39,763 nucleotides of DNA from the IMG/VR virus record IMGVR_UViG_3300037124_000040, positions 1 through 39,763 of that record; one strand, given 5' to 3'. This document shows, piece after piece, positions 27,018-35,962 of this stretch (positions are counted from its first letter, which is position 1; the number at the start of each line of letters is the position of its first letter). The notes under the pieces are model-generated. The model was not told the origin of the DNA. It did no database searches and saw only the letters and a list, made by a program, of their open reading frames with translations. The DNA is from a virus (taxonomy: Duplodnaviria; Caudoviricetes). A program made the translations under genes and the position numbers.

Positions 27018-27441
27018 TTATCACCAAATATGGGTTTGACTTCAATTGCCATTTTTCCCGAAAAAACGGCAATGCTGGCATTGGATGCGTAGTGTAAATA
27101 GTCTTTCGGCCAAGACAGGTGAAGGTCGCCCTCATCAGTGCCGTACCGATTCCATATGTCCTCCACATCTTACGCACATACAGCATATGTAAAACAGGGG
27201 TCTCCCCCTGGAATTCTCCACAAATAAAACCAAAGATTTGTTCCGGGTGATCTGGCTCCACTGCCATCAAAGGCTTTGCCCGAGACACGATCGGTTTGAT
27301 CACTGTCTCAACATGGTATTTCATCTGGGATTTTGAAAATCCCTTCAGTATTCCATGAGCTCGCTTTGCTGTAGCCCTCCATGCATCAATGACCAGTGGT
27401 AAGTCGACACGCTCCACGAACGTCCTCATCATAATTTTCAT
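26890..27441 (-). CDS. GNAT-family acetyltransferase
   Basis: IFGFICGE...LHMLYVRKMWRTYGIGTALM acetyl-CoA binding motif A. Confidence 0.82.
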   Translation of the reverse strand: MKIMMRTFVERVDLPLVIDAWRATAKRAHGILKGFSKSQMKYHVETVIKPIVSRAKPLMAVEPDHPEQIFGFICGEFQGETPVLHMLYVRKMWRTYGIGTALMRATFTCLGRKTIYTTHPMPALPFFREKWQLKSNPYLVINGKKAKRTSDDNQWDSFEEQGHGSTSIHRWPDVGSDNPPSCP

Positions 27442-27905
27442 GAGGCCTCCGCCTCGATCTTCGATTCAAGAGTTCGGAGTTGCTTCCTAAGTTCCTCAGC
27501 TAGTTGCTTATCGGTCAACTTGTCTGCTGGATTCTCCTCGGGATCCGGCTTGGGAAGGGTAACCATCAGCTTGACCATCTGCCGCACCTCACCAGCCTGT
27601 CGGGATGTAATTTTATTGGCGATAGTGTAAGCCGTGACCTTCGCCAAGAATTCACGCAGCTCTTTTGGATTCTCCGGGAGATTCCCAAGACTCTCAAGTT
27701 CTTCTTGAGTTAACCCAGATGCAGGGGCTGCCTCCGGAGAGGAGAGCCGATTGTTTAGACCACCTTTTAGCCGTGCCTTTTTGACACTTTCCTGGTGGTT
27801 TGGATCGTGATGTCTGCAGTAGATACTGTCATACATCGCGTATGCATTGCAGGGAGACCCATCAATTTTTGTAGCTGCGCAGGGAGTCGCAGGACGATTT
27901 GACAT
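27438..27905 (-). CDS. Terminase small subunit candidate with N-terminal CCCH zinc finger
   Basis: CAATKIDGSPC...YCRHH then KGG; C-terminal LTDKQL; first gene of packaging operon. Confidence 0.6.
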   Translation of the reverse strand: MSNRPATPCAATKIDGSPCNAYAMYDSIYCRHHDPNHQESVKKARLKGGLNNRLSSPEAAPASGLTQEELESLGNLPENPKELREFLAKVTAYTIANKITSRQAGEVRQMVKLMVTLPKPDPEENPADKLTDKQLAEELRKQLRTLESKIEAEAS

Positions 27906-27911
27906 GTTGAC

Positions 27912-27939
27912 AAGTTAGCATAAAATTACACCGTGTCAA
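27912..27939 (-). promoter_or_regulatory. Promoter of packaging/virion operon, probably leaderless
   Basis: TTGACA-N16-TAACTT with extended TG; ATG only 6 nt downstream of -10. Confidence 0.6.
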
Positions 27940-27957
27940 TATGACACTATGCCAAAC

Positions 27958-28815
27958 TTACTTCAAGACATCCATCGCCCTCCACATGAGATGCTCCAAT
28001 CTTCGATCGGCAAGCCAGTCAATGGCTTTGTGTAAATCTTTACTGCCTGAACAAACTTTCAGTGGGATATCTTTCAATTCCACCAAACGTCTAGTTTCAT
28101 CCAAGCGATCGAGTTGCTCTAAGATGAGGCGAGCTGCGTTGAGAGTAAATTCTGTTTTATCCGATCCATTTAACGCTTTTTGGAGCTCCTCGAATGCAGT
28201 TGCGGAGTTAGATTTTTGCAGTATGTACAGAAAATCAGGACAGGCCTGTAAAATTGCACGAGCACCTTTATCCCCTACCCCAACAATGCCTGGAATCCCG
28301 TCACCAGAGTCTCCGACAATCGTCTGGTAATCCAACCACTCCTCCGGATTCCATCCGAATAAATCTCTGCAATTCATGACATCAAGGAAGGTCTCCTCTT
28401 CCAGCACTCTTAATAGGCACACTTCCGGCCCGATTAATTGCACGAGATCTTTGTCCACGGTGACGATAAGTTTGCGGCCACTGCGCTGTCGACACAGGGT
28501 AGCTATTACATCATCGCCCTCTCCGGGCCCTTCGAATTGATGGAATCCAAATATCTGAAAAATCTCTTTTACTTCGGCGACTTGTTCAAAGTATTCTTTG
28601 GGCTTCTTCTTCCGATTTCCCTTATATTTAGGGTAAATGCTATTCCGGACATCTCGACTTCGCGGGCCATCCCAGGCGATGTAGGTCATTTTTGGCTGAT
28701 ATATTTGAGTCCATCGCAGAGTCCGCGAGATCATCGATGGGAGGCAATCCTCTGTGGCACAATAATCTCTATACGAAATAGCTGTACCGTCTACAATTAT
28801 AGAAGAAAAATTCAA
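27958..28815 (-). CDS. 5'-3' exonuclease / flap endonuclease (PolI N-terminal/T5 exo-like)
   Basis: IIVDG, AWDG...RNSIYPKYKGNR, EGDDVIATL, VTVDKDLVQL, IVGDSGDGIPGIVGVGDKGA. Confidence 0.93.
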   Translation of the reverse strand: MNFSSIIVDGTAISYRDYCATEDCLPSMISRTLRWTQIYQPKMTYIAWDGPRSRDVRNSIYPKYKGNRKKKPKEYFEQVAEVKEIFQIFGFHQFEGPGEGDDVIATLCRQRSGRKLIVTVDKDLVQLIGPEVCLLRVLEEETFLDVMNCRDLFGWNPEEWLDYQTIVGDSGDGIPGIVGVGDKGARAILQACPDFLYILQKSNSATAFEELQKALNGSDKTEFTLNAARLILEQLDRLDETRRLVELKDIPLKVCSGSKDLHKAIDWLADRRLEHLMWRAMDVLK

Positions 28816-29153
28816 CGAGAACCGTCCTTCAACACTTTGCCAATCCTGTCATCGCACCCGATCCCCCTGAGTTCATACTCTAAAAGAAAAAGCAAATTTG
28901 ACGCGGCATGTGCAAGATGACTCTTACCACTATCTGCGTCTGTGCTTTCTCCGCTATTCCACGCGAGAAGGTGCCCAATCGCGGCATTCAGCAGATTCGA
29001 CCAGCCAGTACCAGCACACCAGCTATAGTCCCCGTAGAGTTTTGCACCATGGAGCAATACCTCCGCTATCTCCACCATCGCACGTGGTGGAATAGAGGCA
29101 AATAACGGCCTCTCGTCATCAAATCTTTGTATTTTTTTACGCTTCATTTTCAC
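28812..29153 (-). CDS. dATP/dGTP diphosphohydrolase domain protein (DUF5664-like)
   Basis: IPPRAMVEIAEVLLHGAKLYG..SW..G...AAIGHLLAW.SGE..D.DSGKSHLAHAASNLLFL. Confidence 0.85.
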   Translation of the reverse strand: MKMKRKKIQRFDDERPLFASIPPRAMVEIAEVLLHGAKLYGDYSWCAGTGWSNLLNAAIGHLLAWNSGESTDADSGKSHLAHAASNLLFLLEYELRGIGCDDRIGKVLKDGSR

Positions 29154-29943
29154 AAACTCCTATTAGTCTTGCCGCTTCACGCACAGGGTCTTGCGCGGAG
29201 TTGGCCTCGCGAGCCCATGCCCTCAGCTGCTCAACGGCTTCATCGCCCCATGCTGCCGATGGGCTGTCTAGTGCGCACTCGAGCTGATCTTTAGTTATTC
29301 CGTACCTGGATTCCCAATAACCTATAGAATTACACACAGCTGTGTAGATATCGCTAAGAGGCTCAAGGGCAGGAAGAGATGATGGGGCATTGTCGATTTC
29401 AGTCTCAACGGAAATTGGCTCAAAATCTCCAGCTTCCTCTGGTGTGTAAATACCGGCCACTATTTGTGGATGCCACATGCGCACAGCCTCCGATATCGCT
29501 CGTGCTCTAAGCATTTGCGCTGGAAACCTCTGCCAATTCCGTTTTTTTCCGCCCTTCCCTTGTGTTATCCCCCTAGAATCCATCTTTTCTATTGTAATCG
29601 ACTGCATCGCGTACCACTCTGGGTGGTGCTTCTCGTGGCGCACAGCCAATTGAGCCTCGGTGTCGGTGGACACCAGCCATTGGATTTGCCACCCAGACGA
29701 CATGAACCGAGCCTGCATAGCATCTGCTCTCATTGTCGGACGACCTTCCACGATGTGGTAGGTCCTGGCGAAATCTAGGGGCGCTATTCCCTCTTGCATA
29801 CATGTGAGAGCAATAACCATCCCTTGTTCTTTGGTCTGAATCCCGAGTAACCCACTCTTGGCCATGGCCGTCCCGAGTTGCTCAATGGCCTCAAGCGGAT
29901 TTTCAATTTTATCGTAAAAATTCCTCTTTACTATTTCTGTCAT
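29137..29943 (-). CDS. RecT-like single-strand annealing recombinase
   Basis: YHIVEGRPTMRADAM...NWQRFPAQMLRARAISEAVR...GIYTPEE. Confidence 0.8.
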   Translation of the reverse strand: MTEIVKRNFYDKIENPLEAIEQLGTAMAKSGLLGIQTKEQGMVIALTCMQEGIAPLDFARTYHIVEGRPTMRADAMQARFMSSGWQIQWLVSTDTEAQLAVRHEKHHPEWYAMQSITIEKMDSRGITQGKGGKKRNWQRFPAQMLRARAISEAVRMWHPQIVAGIYTPEEAGDFEPISVETEIDNAPSSLPALEPLSDIYTAVCNSIGYWESRYGITKDQLECALDSPSAAWGDEAVEQLRAWAREANSAQDPVREAARLIGVCENEA

Positions 29944-29954
29944 TCACTTCTCCA

Positions 29955-31316
29955 TTACATTTCAGCCTGAATTTTCTTCGGTGGTGTCTTTTTGCTATTT
30001 CCACGTCTCTTGATTCCGACCAGGTTGCGATATTTTTCTTCAAGATCTGGATCTGGGTCGGAAAATGTCACTGTTTGCGGCGACCAACCCATTACAAGAT
30101 GGCCAGTGGGGCCTTGCTTATTTTTTGACACAAGCAGTGACTTGCAACCCGAGCGAATGGCTTTTTGAGGGCACCATATGTGTAAAATTGCATGAGCAAA
30201 ATGTCTGATCGCGCCAGCCCCAAGCAAATCTGAGTCTGTCGGCATCGCACCATGTTCCTGTAATTTTCTATACTGCGCTAAAAGGACTACCGCAGTGTTC
30301 GTCAACTCGCGAGCCAATTTCCCGAGCTTGGTCACCACATATTTGCTTTGCTCAGTATCGGATAACCCCGGGATTCCGGCTGAAATGAACTGTAAATAGT
30401 CGATTCCGAGGATATCGATGGGATTATCCGCAACAAACCTCCGCAATATGCCGCAGAGCTCATCAATTGACCCAGGAACAGTATCCATAATCCAAATCGG
30501 GAGATTCGCTATTTTTGTTAGCCCATTCCTGATCATATCGAGCTCGTCGTAGCAAGAAATCTGCTCTCGCTGTAATTGTCGGTTTGGGATTCCAGTCTCA
30601 CCGGATAAGTGCCGCACAGTTACAGACCTAGCAGAATCCTCAAATGAGCACACTCCGCATCTGAACCCCTGTCTAGCAGCTGGACCGATCATCACGCTAT
30701 TCAGCAAAGCACTTTTTCCCATACTCGAATCACCACCAACTACCGTCAAATGTCCTCGGGCAGGACCACCAACCAAATACTCATTTAGTCTCGTCAGCCC
30801 AGTAGGAATCCCGAGACTCGGCTTTGTCCCAGGATTCTCACGCCTTGTCTGTACATCCTGATACCAGTCATCAGCTGGAACAGCAATGTGCTCAAAGGCC
30901 GTCAGAGATCCGGCTAGGCAGTCCTGCAAATCGCTCAATCCGCGATGAATGACCGCTCCGACATCGTCATGCTCTTTCGTTAACTCGATGAGTTCGCCAG
31001 AGCATTTCGCGATCCGTCGGCGCATCGCAGCATCACGGACTTGAAGCGAATAATGGCCGAACAACTCCCGGGATCCCGCATGTTCCACAAATTTCAAGCT
31101 CGTGGATATAGGGATTCCACATTTTTCCAGTGTCACTGGATCAATCGGGTCACCTTGCGTCTGAAGGTCGACAAACGCCTGCCATATAGAGACATGATCA
31201 AGGTGAAAAAAATCAGAGACAAGGAGATCGGAACCCTCGATCACTTCCGGCCAGCGCAACACACATGCAATTACAGCTCTTTCGGCCGTGGTGTTTATCG
31301 AGAGGTCATTACTCAT
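29955..31316 (-). CDS. dnaB: Replicative DnaB-family helicase
   Basis: AERAVIA N-domain; GIPTGLTRL; Walker A GGDSSMGKS; IDYLQ; VVLLAQ; KNKQGPTG. Confidence 0.93.
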   Translation of the reverse strand: MSNDLSINTTAERAVIACVLRWPEVIEGSDLLVSDFFHLDHVSIWQAFVDLQTQGDPIDPVTLEKCGIPISTSLKFVEHAGSRELFGHYSLQVRDAAMRRRIAKCSGELIELTKEHDDVGAVIHRGLSDLQDCLAGSLTAFEHIAVPADDWYQDVQTRRENPGTKPSLGIPTGLTRLNEYLVGGPARGHLTVVGGDSSMGKSALLNSVMIGPAARQGFRCGVCSFEDSARSVTVRHLSGETGIPNRQLQREQISCYDELDMIRNGLTKIANLPIWIMDTVPGSIDELCGILRRFVADNPIDILGIDYLQFISAGIPGLSDTEQSKYVVTKLGKLARELTNTAVVLLAQYRKLQEHGAMPTDSDLLGAGAIRHFAHAILHIWCPQKAIRSGCKSLLVSKNKQGPTGHLVMGWSPQTVTFSDPDPDLEEKYRNLVGIKRRGNSKKTPPKKIQAEM

Positions 31317-31542
31317 CGTCTGCAGACCTCGCCGCCTCTATCTCTGCAGCCTCATCGATCTCAACAGCCATCAGTCCGCGGGCAATCAGCGCGCGGAGGG
31401 TGTCATTGATTCCGGCATCAGCGCCGTAGGCCTCGATTTGCTCGCTCTTGAACTTCTTGTGGAATTTTTCGACTCTTTTGGAAAGCTTTGCCGGAAGAGT
31501 CAGGAGGTGTTTTCTTGTATTACTTCTCATTTGCAACGTCAT
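31309..31542 (-). CDS. Ribbon-helix-helix-type DNA-binding protein
   Basis: HLLTLPAKLSKRVE...INDTLRALIARGL; upstream TTGACG-N17-TATATG. Confidence 0.6.
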   Translation of the reverse strand: MTLQMRSNTRKHLLTLPAKLSKRVEKFHKKFKSEQIEAYGADAGINDTLRALIARGLMAVEIDEAAEIEAARSADDE

Positions 31543-31632
31543 GATATTTCCATATAGATGAAAATATCAAAAACGTCAACAGAATATGTGCAATTGTAAA
31601 ACTATTGTAAATACGGTAAGGAAATCGAGGAT

Positions 31633-31818
31633 CTATTTCAGACTTTCCTGACGCCTAATCCCTTCAAGCACCAAGAACAAAATTGCGTCATTTCTGGATA
31701 TCATATGCTCTCTAGCCCAGGCATCGATAGCTTTGATCCAGTCGACGGGAGCGCGGACTCCCGTTTGTTTTTTGTATGGCTCCGGGATTCGAAGCGTTAT
31801 CAATTTTTTTTTATCCAT
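31633..31818 (-). CDS. Ribbon-helix-helix (CopG/Arc-like) protein
   Basis: TGVRAPVDWIKAIDAWAREHMISRNDAILFLVLEGI. Confidence 0.75.
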   Translation of the reverse strand: MDKKKLITLRIPEPYKKQTGVRAPVDWIKAIDAWAREHMISRNDAILFLVLEGIRRQESLK

Positions 31819-32311
31819 TTTTTCCTCGAATCTGCCGCAACCCATAGGCTGCAATCAATGCCGCATCGGCGCGACCGTCTTTTTTGCCTCCCCGTGGTCC
31901 AACCAAGGGCAGTCCGGAAGGGAACATCCTAGATGCCTGCAAAATTGAACGGGCCTTCCCTTCACTTTTGGGGAGACCTTTAAGCATAGTCCCCATCCAC
32001 TCCTTTGGACGGACCGTGCCATACCGCAGGCCTAATCCAGCACACAACCCTTGCCATATCCCGTACCCCAGCCCAGTAGAGAGCCCACTCTGCGCGGACT
32101 GAGCAGGCCGTGTACTCGCGGCCTCTATCCAGACGTAGATGAGAGGTTCATCGCGATTTATGGCGAAAACTTCCAAAAAATTCCGCACGGCCGTAATGTT
32201 GTAAAATTTCTTCCCGATGAGTGGAGTATCCATCCACTCGATCACTCGATATTTCTCATTGATGGCCACGGCTGCGCCGTGTAGCCCGATGTCAACGCCT
32301 ATACTGATCAT
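31811..32311 (-). CDS. RuvC-like Holliday junction resolvase
   Basis: IGVDIGLHGA, VWIE, GLGYGIWQG, VRPKEW, DGRADAALIA. Confidence 0.88.
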   Translation of the reverse strand: MISIGVDIGLHGAAVAINEKYRVIEWMDTPLIGKKFYNITAVRNFLEVFAINRDEPLIYVWIEAASTRPAQSAQSGLSTGLGYGIWQGLCAGLGLRYGTVRPKEWMGTMLKGLPKSEGKARSILQASRMFPSGLPLVGPRGGKKDGRADAALIAAYGLRQIRGKNG

Positions 32312-33044
32312 AATGTCTCCTCAAAACCTCCATGTAAGCGGCGATCCGCTCTGGAGAGTAGCCATTCTCCCTGCCAATCTCCGGACCGCGCTCGAGCCAC
32401 TCCGACAACGGTAGCGAATGGCAACCGATGTGCGCGACATCGTGAACGACTAGGATATCGTACCCGGGCAAATAGTTGTAGAAAGCACAGCCTTTTGGTA
32501 ATTTTGCCCTGCTAAATTCTGCCCAGCATAAGTCCGCTCCACTGAGGTCTGCTCCGGTGAGGTCTGCATTGCTGAAATCTGCATTGCGGAGGTTCGCTCC
32601 GCGAAGGATTGCTCTGCGGAGGTTTGCTCTGCTAAAATCTGCCTCTTCAAGGTCTGTGCCGCAGAGGTTCGCTCTGCTGAGATCTGCCCCGGGCAGGTCT
32701 GCTCTACTAAGGTTTGAACCACGGAGGTCTGCCCCGATAAAATATGCCTTAGTGGCAGTTGCCCCAGCAAGATCTGCCCCACGGAGTTTTGCCCCTATGA
32801 GATATGCCCCTCGGAGATCTGCACCGACAAAGTTCGCTCCAATGAGTTCTGCATTGCTGAGGTCTGCACCGACAAGGTTCGCCAAGTGGAGACTTATTCC
32901 GCGAAGATTTACTCCGATGAGGTTTACTCCGAGAAGGTCCTCCCCGCTAAGGTTTACTCCGCTAAGGTCTGGCCGGGGTCCCCCCTTGCCAGCGAGGAAT
33001 AGCCGATGATCCTTTAGGATCTCGCTGAGGTATTTTTGATTCAT
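32292..33044 (-). CDS. Pentapeptide repeat protein PRP9 (~31 repeats) with the same C-terminal domain
   Basis: MNQKYLSEIL start; HDVAHIGCHSLPLSEWLERGPEIG C-domain; stop overlaps RuvC start by 20 nt. Confidence 0.92.
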   Translation of the reverse strand: MNQKYLSEILKDHRLFLAGKGGPRPDLSGVNLSGEDLLGVNLIGVNLRGISLHLANLVGADLSNAELIGANFVGADLRGAYLIGAKLRGADLAGATATKAYFIGADLRGSNLSRADLPGADLSRANLCGTDLEEADFSRANLRRAILRGANLRNADFSNADLTGADLSGADLCWAEFSRAKLPKGCAFYNYLPGYDILVVHDVAHIGCHSLPLSEWLERGPEIGRENGYSPERIAAYMEVLRRHYDQYRR

Positions 33045-33054
33045 TTTTCTCTCC

Positions 33055-33480
33055 TCACTCGTTCTCAAATAACGCGCCATAACCACCATCATTATCCCAA
33101 ATTGCTTCACTGATGTATGCCCCCCGAAAATATGCTCCGGCGATGTCTGCCCCTCTGAGATCCGCCCCTTTTAAATCCGCCCTGGTGAACTCTGCTCCAC
33201 GAAGGTCTGCCCCTCGAAGGTGTGCTCCATGTAGATATGCCCCGGTGAGATCTGCTCCGCGGAGGTCTGTTCCCTCAAAATATGCATCAGTGAGGTCTGC
33301 GCCGCGGAAGCTTGCTCCGCGACAATCTGCGCCCCGGAAGTCCGCCCCGATGAGCTTTTCACCGGTGAAGACTACCTTGCGGAGATCTTCTCCCCGAAAA
33401 TTTGCCCGTTCACCTCCGGGATTGCCTTCGAGGTATAGCCGATGCCAATCCAGAATCTCATTTATTTCTTCTTGGTCCAT
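33055..33480 (-). CDS. Pentapeptide repeat protein PRP10, lacks the C-terminal domain
   Basis: MDQEEINEILDWH N-cap, ADL/AYF repeats. Confidence 0.9.
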   Translation of the reverse strand: MDQEEINEILDWHRLYLEGNPGGERANFRGEDLRKVVFTGEKLIGADFRGADCRGASFRGADLTDAYFEGTDLRGADLTGAYLHGAHLRGADLRGAEFTRADLKGADLRGADIAGAYFRGAYISEAIWDNDGGYGALFENE

Positions 33481-33494
33481 TTCTCTCTCCCTCT

Positions 33495-34031
33495 CTAGCA
33501 ACCACAATTAATATTTCCCTTTGGGCATCTCCCATCTGCCACGGATGCGCCCAAAGGGGCCTGAACGAGAGAGGTCACCGCGACAACGTGACCATGCTCG
33601 TCCCTGACGCATCCATCCAGCGGTCCAGTGCCGGGGCAAAAAACGTCAGCCCGTCCGATGGCCCGCTGAGCCACCAAGGCGGACACGATATAGATTGTCC
33701 CCTCCTCAGACTCGGGCAAGCCCTCGATGGCTCCCCATTGGGGAGCTCGACGGAGCTCCACTCCGAATGGCCCCCACTCTGGGGACATGTCACCGCATAA
33801 TCCAGACTGGCCCATCTCGTCTGGGGAATGGTGCTCGACACTCACACCACAGCGTGGGCAAAACATCGATCCACGACGCGAGCTTACTCTGGCCGGTCCA
33901 AGTGGTGACGGTGGGAGTGTCGTATCCTCCCCGTCGTACGACCTCAGCACTATGGGGTGAGGCGTAAGATTGATGACGTGTCCCATTTTCTCGATCTCGA
34001 TGATTGCGAATGACCCTTTTTCTTTGTTCAT
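33495..34031 (-). CDS. Phage hypothetical protein (NLTPH...GLP...YIVS...VRD type)
   Basis: Recurrent phage motif set; SD GAGG. Confidence 0.7.
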   Translation of the reverse strand: MNKEKGSFAIIEIEKMGHVINLTPHPIVLRSYDGEDTTLPPSPLGPARVSSRRGSMFCPRCGVSVEHHSPDEMGQSGLCGDMSPEWGPFGVELRRAPQWGAIEGLPESEEGTIYIVSALVAQRAIGRADVFCPGTGPLDGCVRDEHGHVVAVTSLVQAPLGASVADGRCPKGNINCGC

Positions 34032-34060
34032 TTTTTTCCTCTCCGTTAGGTTCTATACTC

Positions 34061-34141
34061 ATCTTGACATCATATATTATATTGTCAAGGCGAAAACTTT
34101 TTTTATTTTCATCTTGACATCTTTCCCCTTCGAGCTACTAT
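34061..34141. promoter_or_regulatory. Divergent early promoters
   Basis: Plus TTGACA(34114)-N16-TACTAT; minus TTGACA(34088-34083)-N16-CAAGAT; inverted repeat CTTGACA-N13-TGTCAAG (34063-34089). Confidence 0.75.
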
Positions 34142-34174
34142 TAACGTAGAACATAACAACAGGGAGAGCAAAAA

Positions 34175-34558
34175 ATGAAGAAATTCACGGAAGACAACAC
34201 TCAGGGATACCTACAAGCGGAGCTCGATTGGCTAAATTACCAGTTCGAAAAGGCCATCAAGGCCGAAGTGGAAACCTGGGACCACGAATCCCCAGAGTAC
34301 CTCGACTGGCAATCCGGGCTCGAGGATGAGCACAGTCCACAGCATATAGAGTGGGTATCGAGACTGGCAGAAACGACCGTAACGGACTATGACGACGAGT
34401 TTTCAGTGGAGGCGGCGATAGCCGAGCTGCGTCAGGAGGCCATCCAGGCCGGAGATAGCAGCGTAGTCCTGATGTGTGGCCTCGCCCTCGAGGGCAACAC
34501 ATCAGCGAAAGAAGAGTGTCTCGAGATCATTTTCGAGACAAAAAAGAGGGGGGAGTAA
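34175..34558 (+). CDS. Acidic early hypothetical protein
   Basis: SD AGGGAG; first gene after promoter; strongly Asp/Glu-rich. Confidence 0.8.
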   Translation: MKKFTEDNTQGYLQAELDWLNYQFEKAIKAEVETWDHESPEYLDWQSGLEDEHSPQHIEWVSRLAETTVTDYDDEFSVEAAIAELRQEAIQAGDSSVVLMCGLALEGNTSAKEECLEIIFETKKRGE

Positions 34559-34559
34559 G

Positions 34560-34790
34560 ATGGACCCAAAAGAGATCGGGAAAGAGTATAAGGCCTACTA
34601 CGACGTCTCCCATGTGCTCCGGAAGTACATGGACTTGGAGTCAGCCTCAATTTTTGCAGCAATGATAGTAGGGTACACAATCTCACCAGACCGAACAAAG
34701 CCAGCACAGATGGGTGAGTTCCGTGGAGCGGTCGAGAAGTGCATGGCCCTCATCGCAACTGACGAGGAGCGCCACAATGAATCCAACTGA
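34560..34790 (+). CDS. Hypothetical protein
   Basis: MDPKEIG start behind GGGGAG. Confidence 0.7.
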   Translation: MDPKEIGKEYKAYYDVSHVLRKYMDLESASIFAAMIVGYTISPDRTKPAQMGEFRGAVEKCMALIATDEERHNESN

Positions 34791-35121
34791 TGTCGTCAAC
34801 ATCTGCATATCGCTCTGCAACCCAGAAAGGTATGCAGATGCGATTGATGAGGCACTCGACGAATGCCAAGAAACTCCCGGGCTCATACGCGTCGTTGAGA
34901 TAGATAGGCAGGACCTGCCTGGAGTTGTCGCGCTCGTGATCAGGTACCTGCACACAATTGACGAACTAGATCTCGAGCGCGCCAAAAAGCAAGTGGAGGG
35001 CCGTGCAACTCGCGTCGAACCGCCATTCGGGCGTCATACACCCCCGATCCCGCTGAAAAATGGCAGCTGGATTTGCATTGCGGAGTCCAGGCCAGAGGGG
35101 ACCTATCAGGGAAAGAATTAA
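34777..35121 (+). CDS. Hypothetical protein
   Basis: MNPTDVV start behind GAGGAG. Confidence 0.7.
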   Translation: MNPTDVVNICISLCNPERYADAIDEALDECQETPGLIRVVEIDRQDLPGVVALVIRYLHTIDELDLERAKKQVEGRATRVEPPFGRHTPPIPLKNGSWICIAESRPEGTYQGKN

Positions 35122-35420
35122 TGAAGAAGAAGAAGAAACAGCCAGACGGCCCCAAGAGAGGTGACGTCATCACAGCGTACATAACGCGCTATGCACTGAC
35201 GCGTGGCATCCTGAAGGTGGAGGGGAGAATCGAGGAGCATCGATATCTGGGAAGCCTTGACGAATACTCGTGGATTTACCCACGGTCAGCGTGGAAGCCA
35301 ACACTGGAGGAGGCCATAGAGCAGGCTCAAGCCATGGCCAAGAAGAGGATCGAAAAACTCAAAAAGGAGCTCGAGGAGCTCCGGGACTTTGAGCCAAAGG
35401 TCGTCAAGGAGGACCCATGA
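35121..35420 (+). CDS. Hypothetical protein, paralog of 36298..36540
   Basis: YITRYALTRGIL...TLEEAIEQAQAMAK; TAATG overlap. Confidence 0.75.
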   Translation: MKKKKKQPDGPKRGDVITAYITRYALTRGILKVEGRIEEHRYLGSLDEYSWIYPRSAWKPTLEEAIEQAQAMAKKRIEKLKKELEELRDFEPKVVKEDP

Positions 35421-35593
35421 AAAGACGCGTGTCAGGGGTAGACTACCTCTGGATAGTCTGTCCTAGTTGCCACAAGAACACCAACTCCAGCTGTCAGCGC
35501 TGCCGTGGCGCTGGGGGATGGTATGAATCACTGGCCAGTGTGGCCGGATTCGTCATCCAGAAAAAAAGAAAACTTTCCCCGTTTTCATCTTGA
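35417..35593 (+). CDS. 58-aa zinc-finger protein (not in ORF track)
   Basis: MKRRVSGVDYLWIVCPSCHKNTNSSCQRCRGAGGWY...; ATGA overlap, SD AGGAGG. Confidence 0.7.
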   Translation: MKRRVSGVDYLWIVCPSCHKNTNSSCQRCRGAGGWYESLASVAGFVIQKKRKLSPFSS

Positions 35594-35617
35594 CAACATC
35601 TTCTCCTGAGCTACTAT
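35590..35617 (+). promoter_or_regulatory. Early promoter, near-copy of the 34114 promoter
   Basis: TTTTCATCTTGACA...GAGCTACTATTAA...AACAACAGGGAGA shared by both; TTGACA-N16-TACTAT. Confidence 0.8.
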
Positions 35618-35656
35618 TAATATAGTGGCTAACAGAGAACAACAGGGAGAAAAAAG

Positions 35657-35929
35657 ATGACTACCAAGCAAATCGTCGAGAAAATCAAAGAGCTTCCGCA
35701 TGTCACTGATGCACGCCTATGGGAGGGATTCGGGGCGTGTCGAATCTATATCGATACCGAGAAGTGGAATGGGGGGAAAAATTGGAATAACGGTCTTGGG
35801 TACTGGGGCATGTACATCGATGTTCACGCCGGCACTCTACACCTCGGATACGAGGCCGGAGCGAAAACAAGAAAAAAATTGACCAATACCGTAGAGAAAA
35901 TCAAAGAGTTGGCTCTTTTGATGAGATAG
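35657..35929 (+). CDS. Hypothetical early protein
   Basis: SD AGGGAG; RLWEG.GACRIYID motif. Confidence 0.75.
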   Translation: MTTKQIVEKIKELPHVTDARLWEGFGACRIYIDTEKWNGGKNWNNGLGYWGMYIDVHAGTLHLGYEAGAKTRKKLTNTVEKIKELALLMR

Positions 35930-35962
35930 CAGCTTCAGGGGGGCAAAAAAAGGGAGAACAAA

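Noticed and set aside
28812-29153. Z-genome (2-aminoadenine) pathway
   Set aside because: No PurZ, DatZ or dedicated polymerase in the window
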